From: Octopus sinensis
Lineage: Eukaryota
Reading direction: 5' to 3'
DNA length: 64,000 nucleotides
Assembly (NCBI RefSeq): GCF_006345805.1
Contig: NC_042999.1
Coordinates: 61,876,001 to 61,940,000, forward strand
The notes under the pieces were generated by a model, which saw only the letters and a list, made by a program, of their open reading frames with translations, was not told the DNA's origin and did not search any database. Position 1 is the stretch's first letter. Each line of letters begins with the position of its first letter. The position numbers and the translations under genes were made by a program. This document shows, in pieces, positions 53,745 to 64,000 of the stretch.

Positions 53745-54165
53745 ACACTTTTACTTGTTTCAGTCATTTGATTGCAGCCATGCTGGAGCACCGCCTTTAT
53801 TCGAGCAAATCGACCCCAGGACTTATTCTTTGTAAGCCTAGTACTTATTCTATCGGATCTCTTTTTGCCGAACCGCTAGATTACGGGGACGTAAACACAC
53901 CAGCATTGGTCATCAAGCGATGTTGGGGGGACAAACACAGACACACAAACGTATACACACATACACACACACATATATATATATATATATACATATATAC
54001 TACGGGCTTCCTTCAATTTCCGTCTACCAAATCCACTCACAAGGCTTTGGTCGGCCCGAGGCTACAGTAGAAGACACTTGCCCAAGGTGCCACGCAGTGG
54101 GAATGAACCCGAACCATGTGGTTGGGAAGCAAGCTACTTAGCACACAGCTACTCCTGCGTCTATA
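53745..54165 (-). mobile_element. SINE-B copy
   Basis: Consensus body. Confidence 0.9.
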
Positions 54166-54346
54166 GATATAAAAATTATAAATTTTGTATCTGAATCTAG
54201 TTGCCAATTATATATTCTATTGTGGCGAATGTCTATCAGACTGACCTAGTATTATGTTTAATTTGAAGAGCTGGGAGCTAATAAATAGATTATGATTCAG
54301 CAAAAATAAACATTCAGAAATGTAGCTGTTTAATGACTATATCATA

Positions 54347-54810
<464 letters not shown>

Positions 54811-54931
54811 AATTTATATTAACAGAGATCGCTTTTCTGTCACACACATAAATGTCATGTGTATATGCGTGTGTGTGTATGTATATATATATATGTATGT
54901 GTATGTGTATTACATACATATGTGCATACAT

Positions 54932-55248
54932 AAACGGCACTCCGTCTGTTATGTCGACGCGAGTTCCAGTTGATCCGCTTAATGGAACAGCCTGCTCGTG
55001 AAATTAACGTGCAAATGGCCAAGTACTCCACAGGCACGTTGTTCTCAGTAAGATTCAACGTGACACAAAATGTGACAAGGCTGGCCCTTTGAAATACAGG
55101 TTCTACTCATTTCTACCAGCTGATTTGCACTGGGGCAACGTGAAATAAAGTGTCTTGTTGAAGGACACAACGCGCTGCCGGGAACCGAACTCATGATCTT
55201 TGGATCGTGAGGCGAATACCCTAATCACTAAGCCACGGACCTTCACAC
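54932..55248 (-). mobile_element. SINE-C type tRNA-derived SINE
   Basis: Minus-strand head GTGAAGGTCCGTGGCTTAGTGATTAGGG..GAGTTCGGTTCC; shares the CAGCTG..GCAACGTGAAAT..GTGT block with 58515-58730. Confidence 0.75.
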
Positions 55249-55289
55249 ATAGATACATATATACATGCATAATTTTGCTTGTTTTAACT

Positions 55290-55475
55290 TAGATAAGTCA
55301 TTATTTACATTATTTACATTCGCCGGATATTTGTCCTCATCTTGTTTGTTGTTAATACGTTTTGGCTGATATACCCTCCAGCCTTCATCAGGTGTCTTGG
55401 GGAAATTTCGAACCTGGGTTCTCATTCCTAACGTATTTTTCCATCTTATTATTATTATTATTATTATCATCTTTA

Positions 55476-55521
<46 letters not shown>

Positions 55522-55523
55522 GC

Positions 55524-55563
<40 letters not shown>

Positions 55564-55638
55564 CAGCTCACTGCTCGGAATCAAACTCGGAATCTTGGGG
55601 TTAGTAGCCCGCGCTCGTAACCACTACGCCATATGCCC
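55290..55638 (-). mobile_element. SINE-H copy, left arm of the inverted pair
   Basis: Degenerate HHR-1 at 55352-55396; (AAT)n+(AAC)n spacer 55445-55563; tRNA head 55564-55638. Confidence 0.85.
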
Positions 55639-55640
55639 TC

Positions 55641-55800
55641 GGGCATATGGCGTAGTGGTTCGAAATTTCCCCTAAGACACCTGAAGAAGGCTGGAGGGTA
55701 TATCAGCCGAAACGTTGTGTTAACAACAAACAAGGACAAATATCCGTCGAATGTAAATAATGTACATAATTCCTCATCTCTAAAATATAGAACTGTATTA
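55641..55800 (+). mobile_element. Internally deleted SINE-H, right arm of the inverted pair
   Basis: 20 nt of head joined through GGTT to CGAAATTTCCC tail. Confidence 0.85.
55676..55721 (+). ncRNA. HHR-1 hammerhead ribozyme, core intact
   Basis: GACAC-CTGAAGA-A-GGCTG-GAGGGTATAT-CAGCC-GAAAC-GTT-GTGTT. Confidence 0.8.
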
Positions 55801-56464
55801 GATAAGTCATGTTCTCACGCAAAGCACGAATATCGCCCAATCTCATATCGTCACTCTCGTATATAGACGTAAAGGCTATTTTCCTTATAATAATCCAATA
55901 CTGACTTGTTCAAAGTGCATCACTACATTCTACAACACGCACACTTAACATAATTACATACAGGGGTCTGGCAAATTATATTCTGTAACTTATGAATAAA
56001 ACAGGAAATGGCATCTCATTGTTATTCAATGTTACATGTATCATTTTTATCTTTTTTTTTCTCTTCCTTTTGGATTCCGTGCGAATCCAAACAAAGTAGT
56101 GTTAATTCATGCCACTTGAAGGATTCCAGACAAATAATTGTAATTAGCACTGACGTCAAATACCATTTCACAGCCAATTACATTAGGCTATTAGTTTCAG
56201 TTTCGTCTTTTAATCGAAAAGAGAGAAAAATATGTCTTATTATGAATAAAGAGGCTGTATACGAAAATAAGAGTATGTTCACACTCACCTCGGATGAATT
56301 CCATCGTTAGCAAAACAAGTAGTGTATAAACTGAAAAATATTTCATACTAATAGAAAAATAATCTCTGGCGTTCATTTTCCCGTATGTGAGTCAAACACA
56401 AGATCATATTCACAGATGCATTTGTAGGCACACCATCAAACAACATGCAAAATATAGTCTTATG

Positions 56465-56895
56465 ATGGTTTCAAATTTTGGCACGAAGCCAGCGGTTTTA
56501 AGATGGTGGTAAGGTGATTATATCGAAGCTGCTGTACAACAGGTATTTATTTTATCGACTCCAAAAAGATGAAAGTTAAAGTCAATCTCGGCGGAATTTG
56601 AACCCTGAACGTTAAGTAAGAAGAAATGTCGGTAAGCATTTTTCGCGGCACCCTAAAGATTCTACCAGTTCACTACCTATTTATTTCCTACCCACAGAGA
56701 GGACAAACAAGGACAGACAAAGGGATTAAGTCGATTACATCGACCCCAGTGCGTAAATGGTACTTATTTAATCGACGCCGAAAGGATGAAAGGCAAAGTG
56801 AACCTCGGTGGAATTTGAACTCAGAACGTAGCGGCAGACGAAATACCGCAAAGCATTTCGCCCAGCGTGCTAACGTTTCTGCCAGCTCGTTACCT
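56465..56895 (-). mobile_element. Two SINE-A copies (56465-56660 diverged; 56685-56895)
   Basis: Reverse-complement SINE-A consensus. Confidence 0.8.
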
Positions 56896-56950
56896 TCTAC
56901 ACTTATATAAATGTTTATTCGTGTGTGTCGGTATACATATTGTGCGTGTA

Positions 56951-57029
<79 letters not shown>

Positions 57030-57033
<4 letters not shown>

Positions 57034-57232
57034 ATCCAAACATGAACAAAGGGAAAACAGAACAACGCGAAGACGTGGAACAAGTATAGTGTTATTGGAC
57101 GCTCAGGAAAGGAAAGAAAGAAAGAGGATTTAACGTTGGAGCGGAGCTCTTCGTCAGAAATATAGAAAAAAGGAAAAGTCCAAGGAAGGGAAGACGGAGA
57201 AATAAAATCGCCAGCGATACGCACGCGGTCAC
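57030..57232 (-). mobile_element. HHR-2 element, degenerate ribozyme (57128-57161)
   Basis: Minus strand ATTT-CTGACGA-A-GAGC-TCC-GCTC-CAAC-GTT-AAAT; ends in (TA)n; followed on + by (ATAC)n(AGAC)n(AGAT)n to 57414. Confidence 0.8.
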
Positions 57233-57346
57233 ATATACATACATACATACATACATACATACATACATACATACATACATACATACATACATACATACAC
57301 ACATAGACAGACAGACAGACAGACAGATAGATAGATAGATAGATAG

Positions 57347-57415
<69 letters not shown>

Positions 57416-57560
57416 GGCGGTCAGTTTCCGTCGACCAAATTCACTCAGAAGATATTGGTTGGTTCGGAGCTGTAGTAGAAGACACTTGCTCTAAGGTGCC
57501 ACGCAATGGGACTGAACTTGAAACCACGTGGTGGCAAAGCGAGTTTCTTAATCACAGACC
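57416..57560 (-). mobile_element. SINE-B head half, diverged
   Basis: CAGTTTCCGTCGACCAAATTCACTC..GGGACTGAACTTGAAACCACGTGG. Confidence 0.7.
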
Positions 57561-57739
57561 AACCTTTCTGACTTGCTGTTCATACATATGAACACGCACA
57601 AATACACGCGTATCTACGTTTATCTACTCACATATTGTCTTTCCATTACTGAAAATCGCTTCCAATGTTAAAACTGATCAAGTTAGAAAAGACATGACAA
57701 GAAAGCATGTCGCTCCGTCACAGGACCAGAAAATTATGA

Positions 57740-58240
57740 TAACTCAGCGTTTGAAATAAGATAAAAATCGGCCGGCTTCATGCGTTCATGCGTGTATATA
57801 ACATAAATTCTTCAACGACTTATGACATTACGAAACGTAAGGACCGGTTAATGCAATTTATTGCTGATTCAGAGACAAGTAGATGTAACCATGTGCAACA
57901 AACATTAAGAAAATCAAAATTGACAGAATTATGCACAGTGTTATTTAAGTAGTTTAGTGCCAAGCGATCCGAGCGTATGTCGATTCCAGGGCCAATGGTC
58001 ATTCAAAAAGGCCAAGGAGTTTCACGAAATATGATAATCACGAAGGTTTGCAATATTTTCGGCTGGGTGGTTTAAAGACATGACAGTCGTAAACGTAATT
58101 TATCTGGCGTAAAAACTCGACAGACATTGAAACTTGGGAAAATACAATTTCATATTTGATGACCTGGGTACAATATATGATTTAGCTCATTTACAAATTT
58201 ATAATGTGAATGAAACAGTGATTTGTACAAGTGTTTATCC
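57740..58240 (+). mobile_element. Tigger/pogo transposase relic
   Basis: FSAKRSERMSIPGPMV..KAKEFHE (CENP-B-type HTH) and QIYNVNET (first catalytic D region), frameshifted. Confidence 0.6.
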
Positions 58241-58514
58241 TGCGTAATTAAGAATACAGTATTACAGCCACTGCGGATTTATGCTAACAATATGAAGCAT
58301 TTTATTGAAAAATACAAGAAGACTATGGTATTTGTGGGAGAGCTATATTTACAACTGTAGTGTCCATCCACCAGCATCACAAATGTTTTGTGGAAATATT
58401 TCTACCACGTATCCATCTTCCAGTGTAACACCATCGATAAAATCCATGCATGAGAGGGTTGATTAAAAAACAGAAATTGCTCTAGAGAGTCATGATAAAA
58501 AAGTAAGTGCGCCC

Positions 58515-58730
58515 TTTTAAAACCTAGCCAGGCTCATGGGCCCGGTTTTCCGGTTTCAATGGCACATGTGTTCCCCAGCTGGACGGGACGCCAGTCCATC
58601 GCAGCGTTACTCAGTTTTGCCAGCTGAGTGGACTGGAGCAACGTGAAATGAAGTGTTTTGCTCAAGAATACAACCACAATCTTACGATCATGATGCTGAT
58701 ACCCTAACCACTAAGCCACGCGCTTCCACA
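58515..58730 (-). mobile_element. SINE-C type tRNA-derived SINE
   Basis: Minus-strand head GTGGAAGCGCGTGGCTTAGTGGTTAGGG; GATGGACTGGCGTCCCGTCCAG motif reminiscent of the V-SINE domain. Confidence 0.75.
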
Positions 58731-59066
58731 ACGGGTCATATTCATGAGAAATTAGTGAATTCTAATACTACAATTGAATTTTGCAAGTCGGTTATTAAAT
58801 GCGCTATTTTTATTGTTGCAACGGCATAGAAAGAAGTCAAGAATGTTATGTTAAGAAATTCTGGGAGAAAGATCTTGCCCGATAGCAATACGAAAAATGT
58901 CTTTAATTAAAGAGAGGATAGAGATTCCTTCACTTATAATTAACTAGGTTTTTGAACACGATCGTAGGCATTCTGTTCGCTGTACGCTTAGTTTATTTAT
59001 CGCGCGCGCTCGTTGCATTCTCGCGAGCTCCATCTCTTCAAATATGTTTGATACATACATAGTTAA

Positions 59067-59124
<58 letters not shown>

Positions 59125-59406
59125 CTTCATTTTGTAATGAAAAATAAAACAATTATAAAAGCATTTAGATAATTCGCATCATGGCTCTCTAAGAACTTAT
59201 TTCTGTCTTTTAGACGCTCACCACATCTGACTTTTAAATAAAGAAGAATGACAACTACCTCTAATGCTTTTAACTAATATATAAGAACACAGTAAGGTAG
59301 TAACTATCTACTGATAACTGATTCCAAGCTCTAGATATTTATAGTGTTTAATCTCAATGCAAATATTTCAGATACCTATAGTAACATAAGGCCATGTATT
59401 TGTAAA

Positions 59407-59797
59407 TCTCTCTATATATAAAGCTGAAGTTGTCTGTGTATGGCAGATTTGGTGGCCTTCAACTAACACTATCTCCTCCACGACCCTGCGGCGCAAGTTG
59501 ACTAAAATTGATAGTATGATAGAAGAAGGCTTGCTCTTCCTTCCGTAGAAGAAACAATTCAAATCGGACCATGTTAACACCAAAAATTATTTACATCAAA
59601 AAGGTGCTTCTTTTCTATGAAAATCCCTATTTTTACGATTTTTTGACTGCTGTGTCGCCATTTTTCGGTGTATTTCAACCAGAAAAATGTTCACTTAAAG
59701 AGAATAACAAGCTACGTAATGCAAAATTTCTACTTTTCAAAAATTTCAATTCTAAAGGGTCGAAACAAACCCGAGCAACGCCGGGCGATACTGCTAG
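59407..59797 (+). mobile_element. Non-autonomous Helitron-like element
   Basis: A|TCTCTCTATATATAAA; 3' hairpin CCCGAGCAACGCCGGG; CTAG|T at 59794-59798. Confidence 0.8.
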
Positions 59798-60480
59798 TAC
59801 GAGATATAATCGACAGAGTAATACACTAATACATAATTAGTACGTATTTATCAATCTGGTGTGAGAAGGGACAAAATGGGTTTGCTAATTTCTTTATTTC
59901 ATATTGTTTATATTTTCATCAAACAAACAAAAAATAAACTTTCAATCAGCAAAATATACTTTTATATTCATACACGGGAAACAGAGAAATATGCTAGTAA
60001 TAGATCGTTCTATTTATTAATGTTAACTAAGTTTCAGATAATTACATAAATTATAATTGAGCTGCTGGATACCATTCATTGATACTACTTAATAAGACAT
60101 TTCTTTCTGAAATCTATTGAAACAATTTGTTTGAATTAAAAGAATGGACAATTCCGTCAACACTCGTTACCTAATATTAAAAGTTTGAGTCAACAAACGC
60201 TTAGCTCTCAGTAGCTTCGACAAAACGAACAAATGGGAGAACCTCTATGCAGTCGAGAGATCTGCTAGAAATAGATGGTAAATTTTCTTTAAACCAAAAT
60301 CTGCTGACTTAAAGATGAAAGGGTACATAGGATACTACAGTCCTGAGACACTAAATCTGAACATAAGACTAGACGGTCATACTTGGAACGCCTTTGATCA
60401 TATGGTTGCGGGATTAGAATTAACCTGGGGATAGACAAGAACAACAATAACATCAATTAGCTTATATCAAATAAAAGTAG

Positions 60481-60928
60481 GGATCTTTTCGGTTTGAACG
60501 GCAGTTTTTTCTAGCGGTGTCATATGAAATTGTCACCCATAATTATGACCCTAGTATCGATCTATTGCATTTCAATCTGTTTTAGGGTTAGGGTTAGAGT
60601 TAGGGTTAGTTAGGGTTAGGGTTAGGGTTAGGGGTGGGGTAAGGGTATCTTTTTTCTTCAGAAATGTAAATAAACCTAATCTCTTTCTTAAACGAGGGAC
60701 ACATTCATACGGCACAGAATGTTTTCACCTCAATAGACGTCATTGATTGGTTGAAATTGCAGAAATTGAAGAAAAAAACAACAAATATCTTACAAACTAT
60801 AGAATTTTTTCAGTAAAACCAAGGGAAAAAGATGTTTTATAAACACATTCTACCAGTATACGAAGTTTAAAAGTGTTTAGTTACGTGGAAATTATTTAAA
60901 AAAATTGCCGTTCAAACCGAAAAGATCC
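60481..60928. mobile_element. 448-bp MITE with 30-bp TIRs and 8-bp TSD (Merlin-like), carrying (TTAGGG)n
   Basis: TIRs GGATCTTTTCGGTTTGAACGGCAGTTTTTT / AAAAAATTGCCGTTCAAACCGAAAAGATCC; TSD AAAAGTAG at 60473-60480 and 60929-60936. Confidence 0.9.
60582..60645 (+). repeat. Interstitial telomere-like (TTAGGG)n tract
   Basis: About 8 TTAGGG-like units, then GGGGTGGGGTAAGGG. Confidence 0.95.
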
Positions 60929-61599
60929 AAAAGTAGAGTTGATCACAATAGGTATTAAACTGAAAAATTAAATATTTAGAATTAATTATTTTAAAGTGCA
61001 ATATCGTATACGTTAATTTGAACTGTAATTAACATTTCAAAATATCTGAATTAACCAATAATATTATACCGAGGAGGCAAATTACTGAAAATAAAAAAGC
61101 AAACAATAGTAGTAGTAGATTAAATACAAAACCATATAGATGTGGTTTTTGTATTTATTTAAAACATAACATTAAATCAGATTCATCTGCTTTGTAAAAG
61201 GAAAATTAATATAAACAAAAGTAAATTAAATTTGGATGTAGCATTCTTCTAAACGGTAACCTAAACTGTAATATTTTCTAAAATTCGTATAAACAAACAA
61301 AATCAATACATATATATATATATGTATGCATGTATGTATAGTATGCATGTATGTATATATATATATATATATATACATTAGTAGCTTTAAGCACCAAAGG
61401 CCTAATTTTACAGACCCAATAGAAAACATTATAAAGCAAAATAAAATGGTTTCTCGTTTCCTGCCAAACCATAAATCTGTAAATAAATACACTGAAAAGT
61501 TAAGCAAAGTATAACAAAGAAAAAGTTGTGTGTGTTTTTTTATTTATTATTTATTTTTTTTTTAATATTTTCCTCTATCATTAAATGTGCTCGAATACC

Positions 61600-62260
61600 A
61601 TATCAGATATCTGTTCTTGGCAAGTAAACAAGGTAATTCATATTTTAAAAACATTAACCGGGTTGTTAATGTATTCTCTCTAAACTCACTTGAAGCCGAT
61701 TTAGGTAACGGCTGTAAATTCGCATCATTACTAATGTTCTAGATTTAACAATATTTCTTAAATAGACAGGAAATGCCATTTTACATACAAGTGTTCCTAT
61801 ATCGCTTTCACGTGTTACCTCATCCTTTTAATAGTCTTCAACCTACTTTAAGAAACATTACTGCAACCTAGTTGTCTGTTTCATAGGCTTCATGTTAGCA
61901 CCTAAGGTAGATTCAAACTTTATCTCTCTACTATACTGAAGAGAAAGCGGAAATAGCAAATGTAATTATTAAAAACCAAAAGTATCAGTTGCATGTAATT
62001 TGATAACCAAGATCTTACTTAAGATTGTGGCATGTCTGTGTTATGGATCCAATAATTCTTCAAGTCGATATAGATGCGATGAAGAACCCTTCGTGCCAAA
62101 ATATAGTGTAACATTCCAAAGTCTTCGGCTTTCACTGATGTGAATTTTAATATATACTAACTGCACGTTTTGTGTTTGTATCTATAGGTTGCAATGTATG
62201 CTTAGATGAAGCATGAACTAAAAACATTTTGACACAGCTACAAGTTCTTAAGCATCAGTA
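61600..62260 (+). other. Candidate spliced small gene or transcript (unverified)
   Basis: Donor AAG|GTAATT 61633; micro-exon 61887-61906 between TTTCATAG| and AAG|GTAGAT; open segment 62024-62107; TACTAAC 62155-62161 with TAG acceptor at 62187. Confidence 0.25.
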
Positions 62261-62819
62261 ATTTGATTATTTCTCATATAGACAAAATTCTAAAGCAAAA
62301 ATAATGTCCTTTTACGAAAATGCCAACAGGGAAATCAAAAGTTCAGTCTGAACAAGAAGTAATAAACCAATTACAGAACTAAACTCATCAGTAAATTGTC
62401 CACTATTAATTGGATATGAAAGCTGTAAGAACCAATTATTTTGCAACAACTCTATACCGACTTTATGTCAAAGCTGATATTAGAACGAAATATAAATTTG
62501 GCGTCTGTATTGTCATCGCAAAGAGAACTTATTTGCTGAATAAGGATTAAATAAATGTTTAGATGCAGAAGGCATAGCGCAAACTGATTTCCGATTAAAT
62601 TTATTACAACACTTTGGATCTGTATTTTCAGTAAACTGAGTTGAAAATAATTCACAGTGACAATTACCACTCTACAAAACTGAATAGACACTATCCACAC
62701 TGTTGTCAGCTTACTGGAAATTCTAACAATTGTAATCTAGATTCTATAAAACCTATATCGACATATGATATGAAAATGGAAATGATTAATTCGTGCAGGT
62801 TTGTGATTTCTTTAACATT

Positions 62820-62994
62820 TATAGGCGCAGGAGTGGCTGTGTGGTAAGCAGCTTGCTTACCAACCACATGGTTCCGGGTTCAGTTCAGTCCCACTGCCTG
62901 GCACCTTGGGCAAGTGTCTTCTACTATAGCCTCGGGCCGCCGACAAAAGCCTTGTGAGTGCATTTGGTAGACGAAACCTGAAAGAAGCCCGTCG

Positions 62995-63054
<60 letters not shown>

Positions 63055-63262
63055 CGTGTGTGTTTGCCCCCCTCCCCCAACATCGCTTGGCAACCGATGC
63101 TGGAGTGTTTACATCCCCGTAACTTAGCAGTTCGACAAAATAGACCGATAGAATAAGTACTAGGCTTACAAAGAATAAGTCCTGGGCTTGATTTGCTCGA
63201 CTAAAAAGGCGGTGCTCCAGCATGACCAGAGTCAAATGACTGAAACAAGTAAAAGAGAAAAA
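62820..63262 (+). mobile_element. SINE-B full copy
   Basis: Head GGCGCAGGAGTGGCTGTGTGGTAAG..GGGTTCAG; internal (TG)n; tail ..GAAACAAGTAAAAGAG. Confidence 0.9.
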
Positions 63263-63775
63263 ATAAAAGAGATATTCAGGTAATTGATTGTATTGTCACT
63301 GCACGGTTGAGTGGAAGGAATAACAGAATATTGGATAGTACTTAGTTTCAGTTTACTCTCTAAGTTCCAATGTTGTTGAGGAAATTTTTTTGTCCTTTTT
63401 TTTTCTTTTCAAGGTTCGAGAACATAAATTTAAGGGATGAATATACAATGTAGCAGTCCACTGCCGAGCGTATCCCTTTTCTTGCCTAAGAGGGTTTGAT
63501 CGTAAAGCTGCCATGCGATTTAACGCTGAGGGGGTTCTATGTTGGTCTTAAAACTTTTTGCTATCTAGATGGAAAGAAGAGAATTGAGATAGAGTATTTT
63601 GTTCCAGGATATAACGCACGTCTAGGGCCCGGCCCGAAATCATAGCTTTTTACCTTATAATTATAATTGGCTGCCCTTATGCCTAGCAATTAGGTGACGC
63701 ACCATTTCAACGAGAAAATAAGCGTATGAATATGCAGGGTTGAGCTGATGTATGTAATAATTATTAGTTTTACTA

Positions 63776-63990
63776 AGGCGGCAAACTGGCAGAATTGTTA
63801 GCATGCCGGAGCAAGTGCTTAACGGCATTTCGTCCGTCTTTATGTTTTGAGGAGAAATTCCGCCGAAGGCAGCTTTGCCTTTCGTCTTTTCAGAGTCAAT
63901 AAAATAAGTACCAGTTAAATACTCGGGTCAATGTATGTAATCAACTACCCCCTCAAAACCTGCTGGTCTTGTTTCGGAATTTCAAACCAT
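63776..63990 (+). mobile_element. SINE-A copy, diverged
   Basis: AGGCGGCAAACTGGCAGAATTGTTAGCATGCCGG..AAATTCCGCCGAAGG. Confidence 0.75.
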
Positions 63991-64000
63991 TATTTTTTTC

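Noticed and set aside
61590-61620. TATCTGTTCTT 11-mer resembling U2 snRNA
   Set aside because: The flanks do not match U2; chance match.

Overview
Repeat-saturated, AT-rich eukaryotic DNA with no confidently identifiable host gene. The SINE families, microsatellite load and TE mix look like a coleoid cephalopod, probably Octopus (inference from repeat recognition, not a search). Contents: dozens of tRNA-derived SINE copies of four types; degenerate non-LTR retrotransposons (HERO/R2-group RT, two or three R4/Dong-like pieces, two CR1-like pieces, an RTE end); DNA-transposon relics (Tc1, mariner, rosa-like, Tigger, Helitron-like MITEs, and a Merlin-like MITE carrying TTAGGG repeats); and very many microsatellites, which account for most of the ORF track. 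The most striking signal is RNA-level. Eight hammerhead-ribozyme (HHR) motifs of three distinct designs occur, all with the very short palindromic stem III known from Penelope-like elements. One design forms the 3' module of a tRNA-headed SINE whose 5' end is self-palindromic and which occurs once as a head-to-head inverted pair. Several long fold-back inversions are also present. A chain of + strand splice signals at 61.6-62.3 kb may be a small real gene (low confidence). All coordinates and alignments were read by eye.
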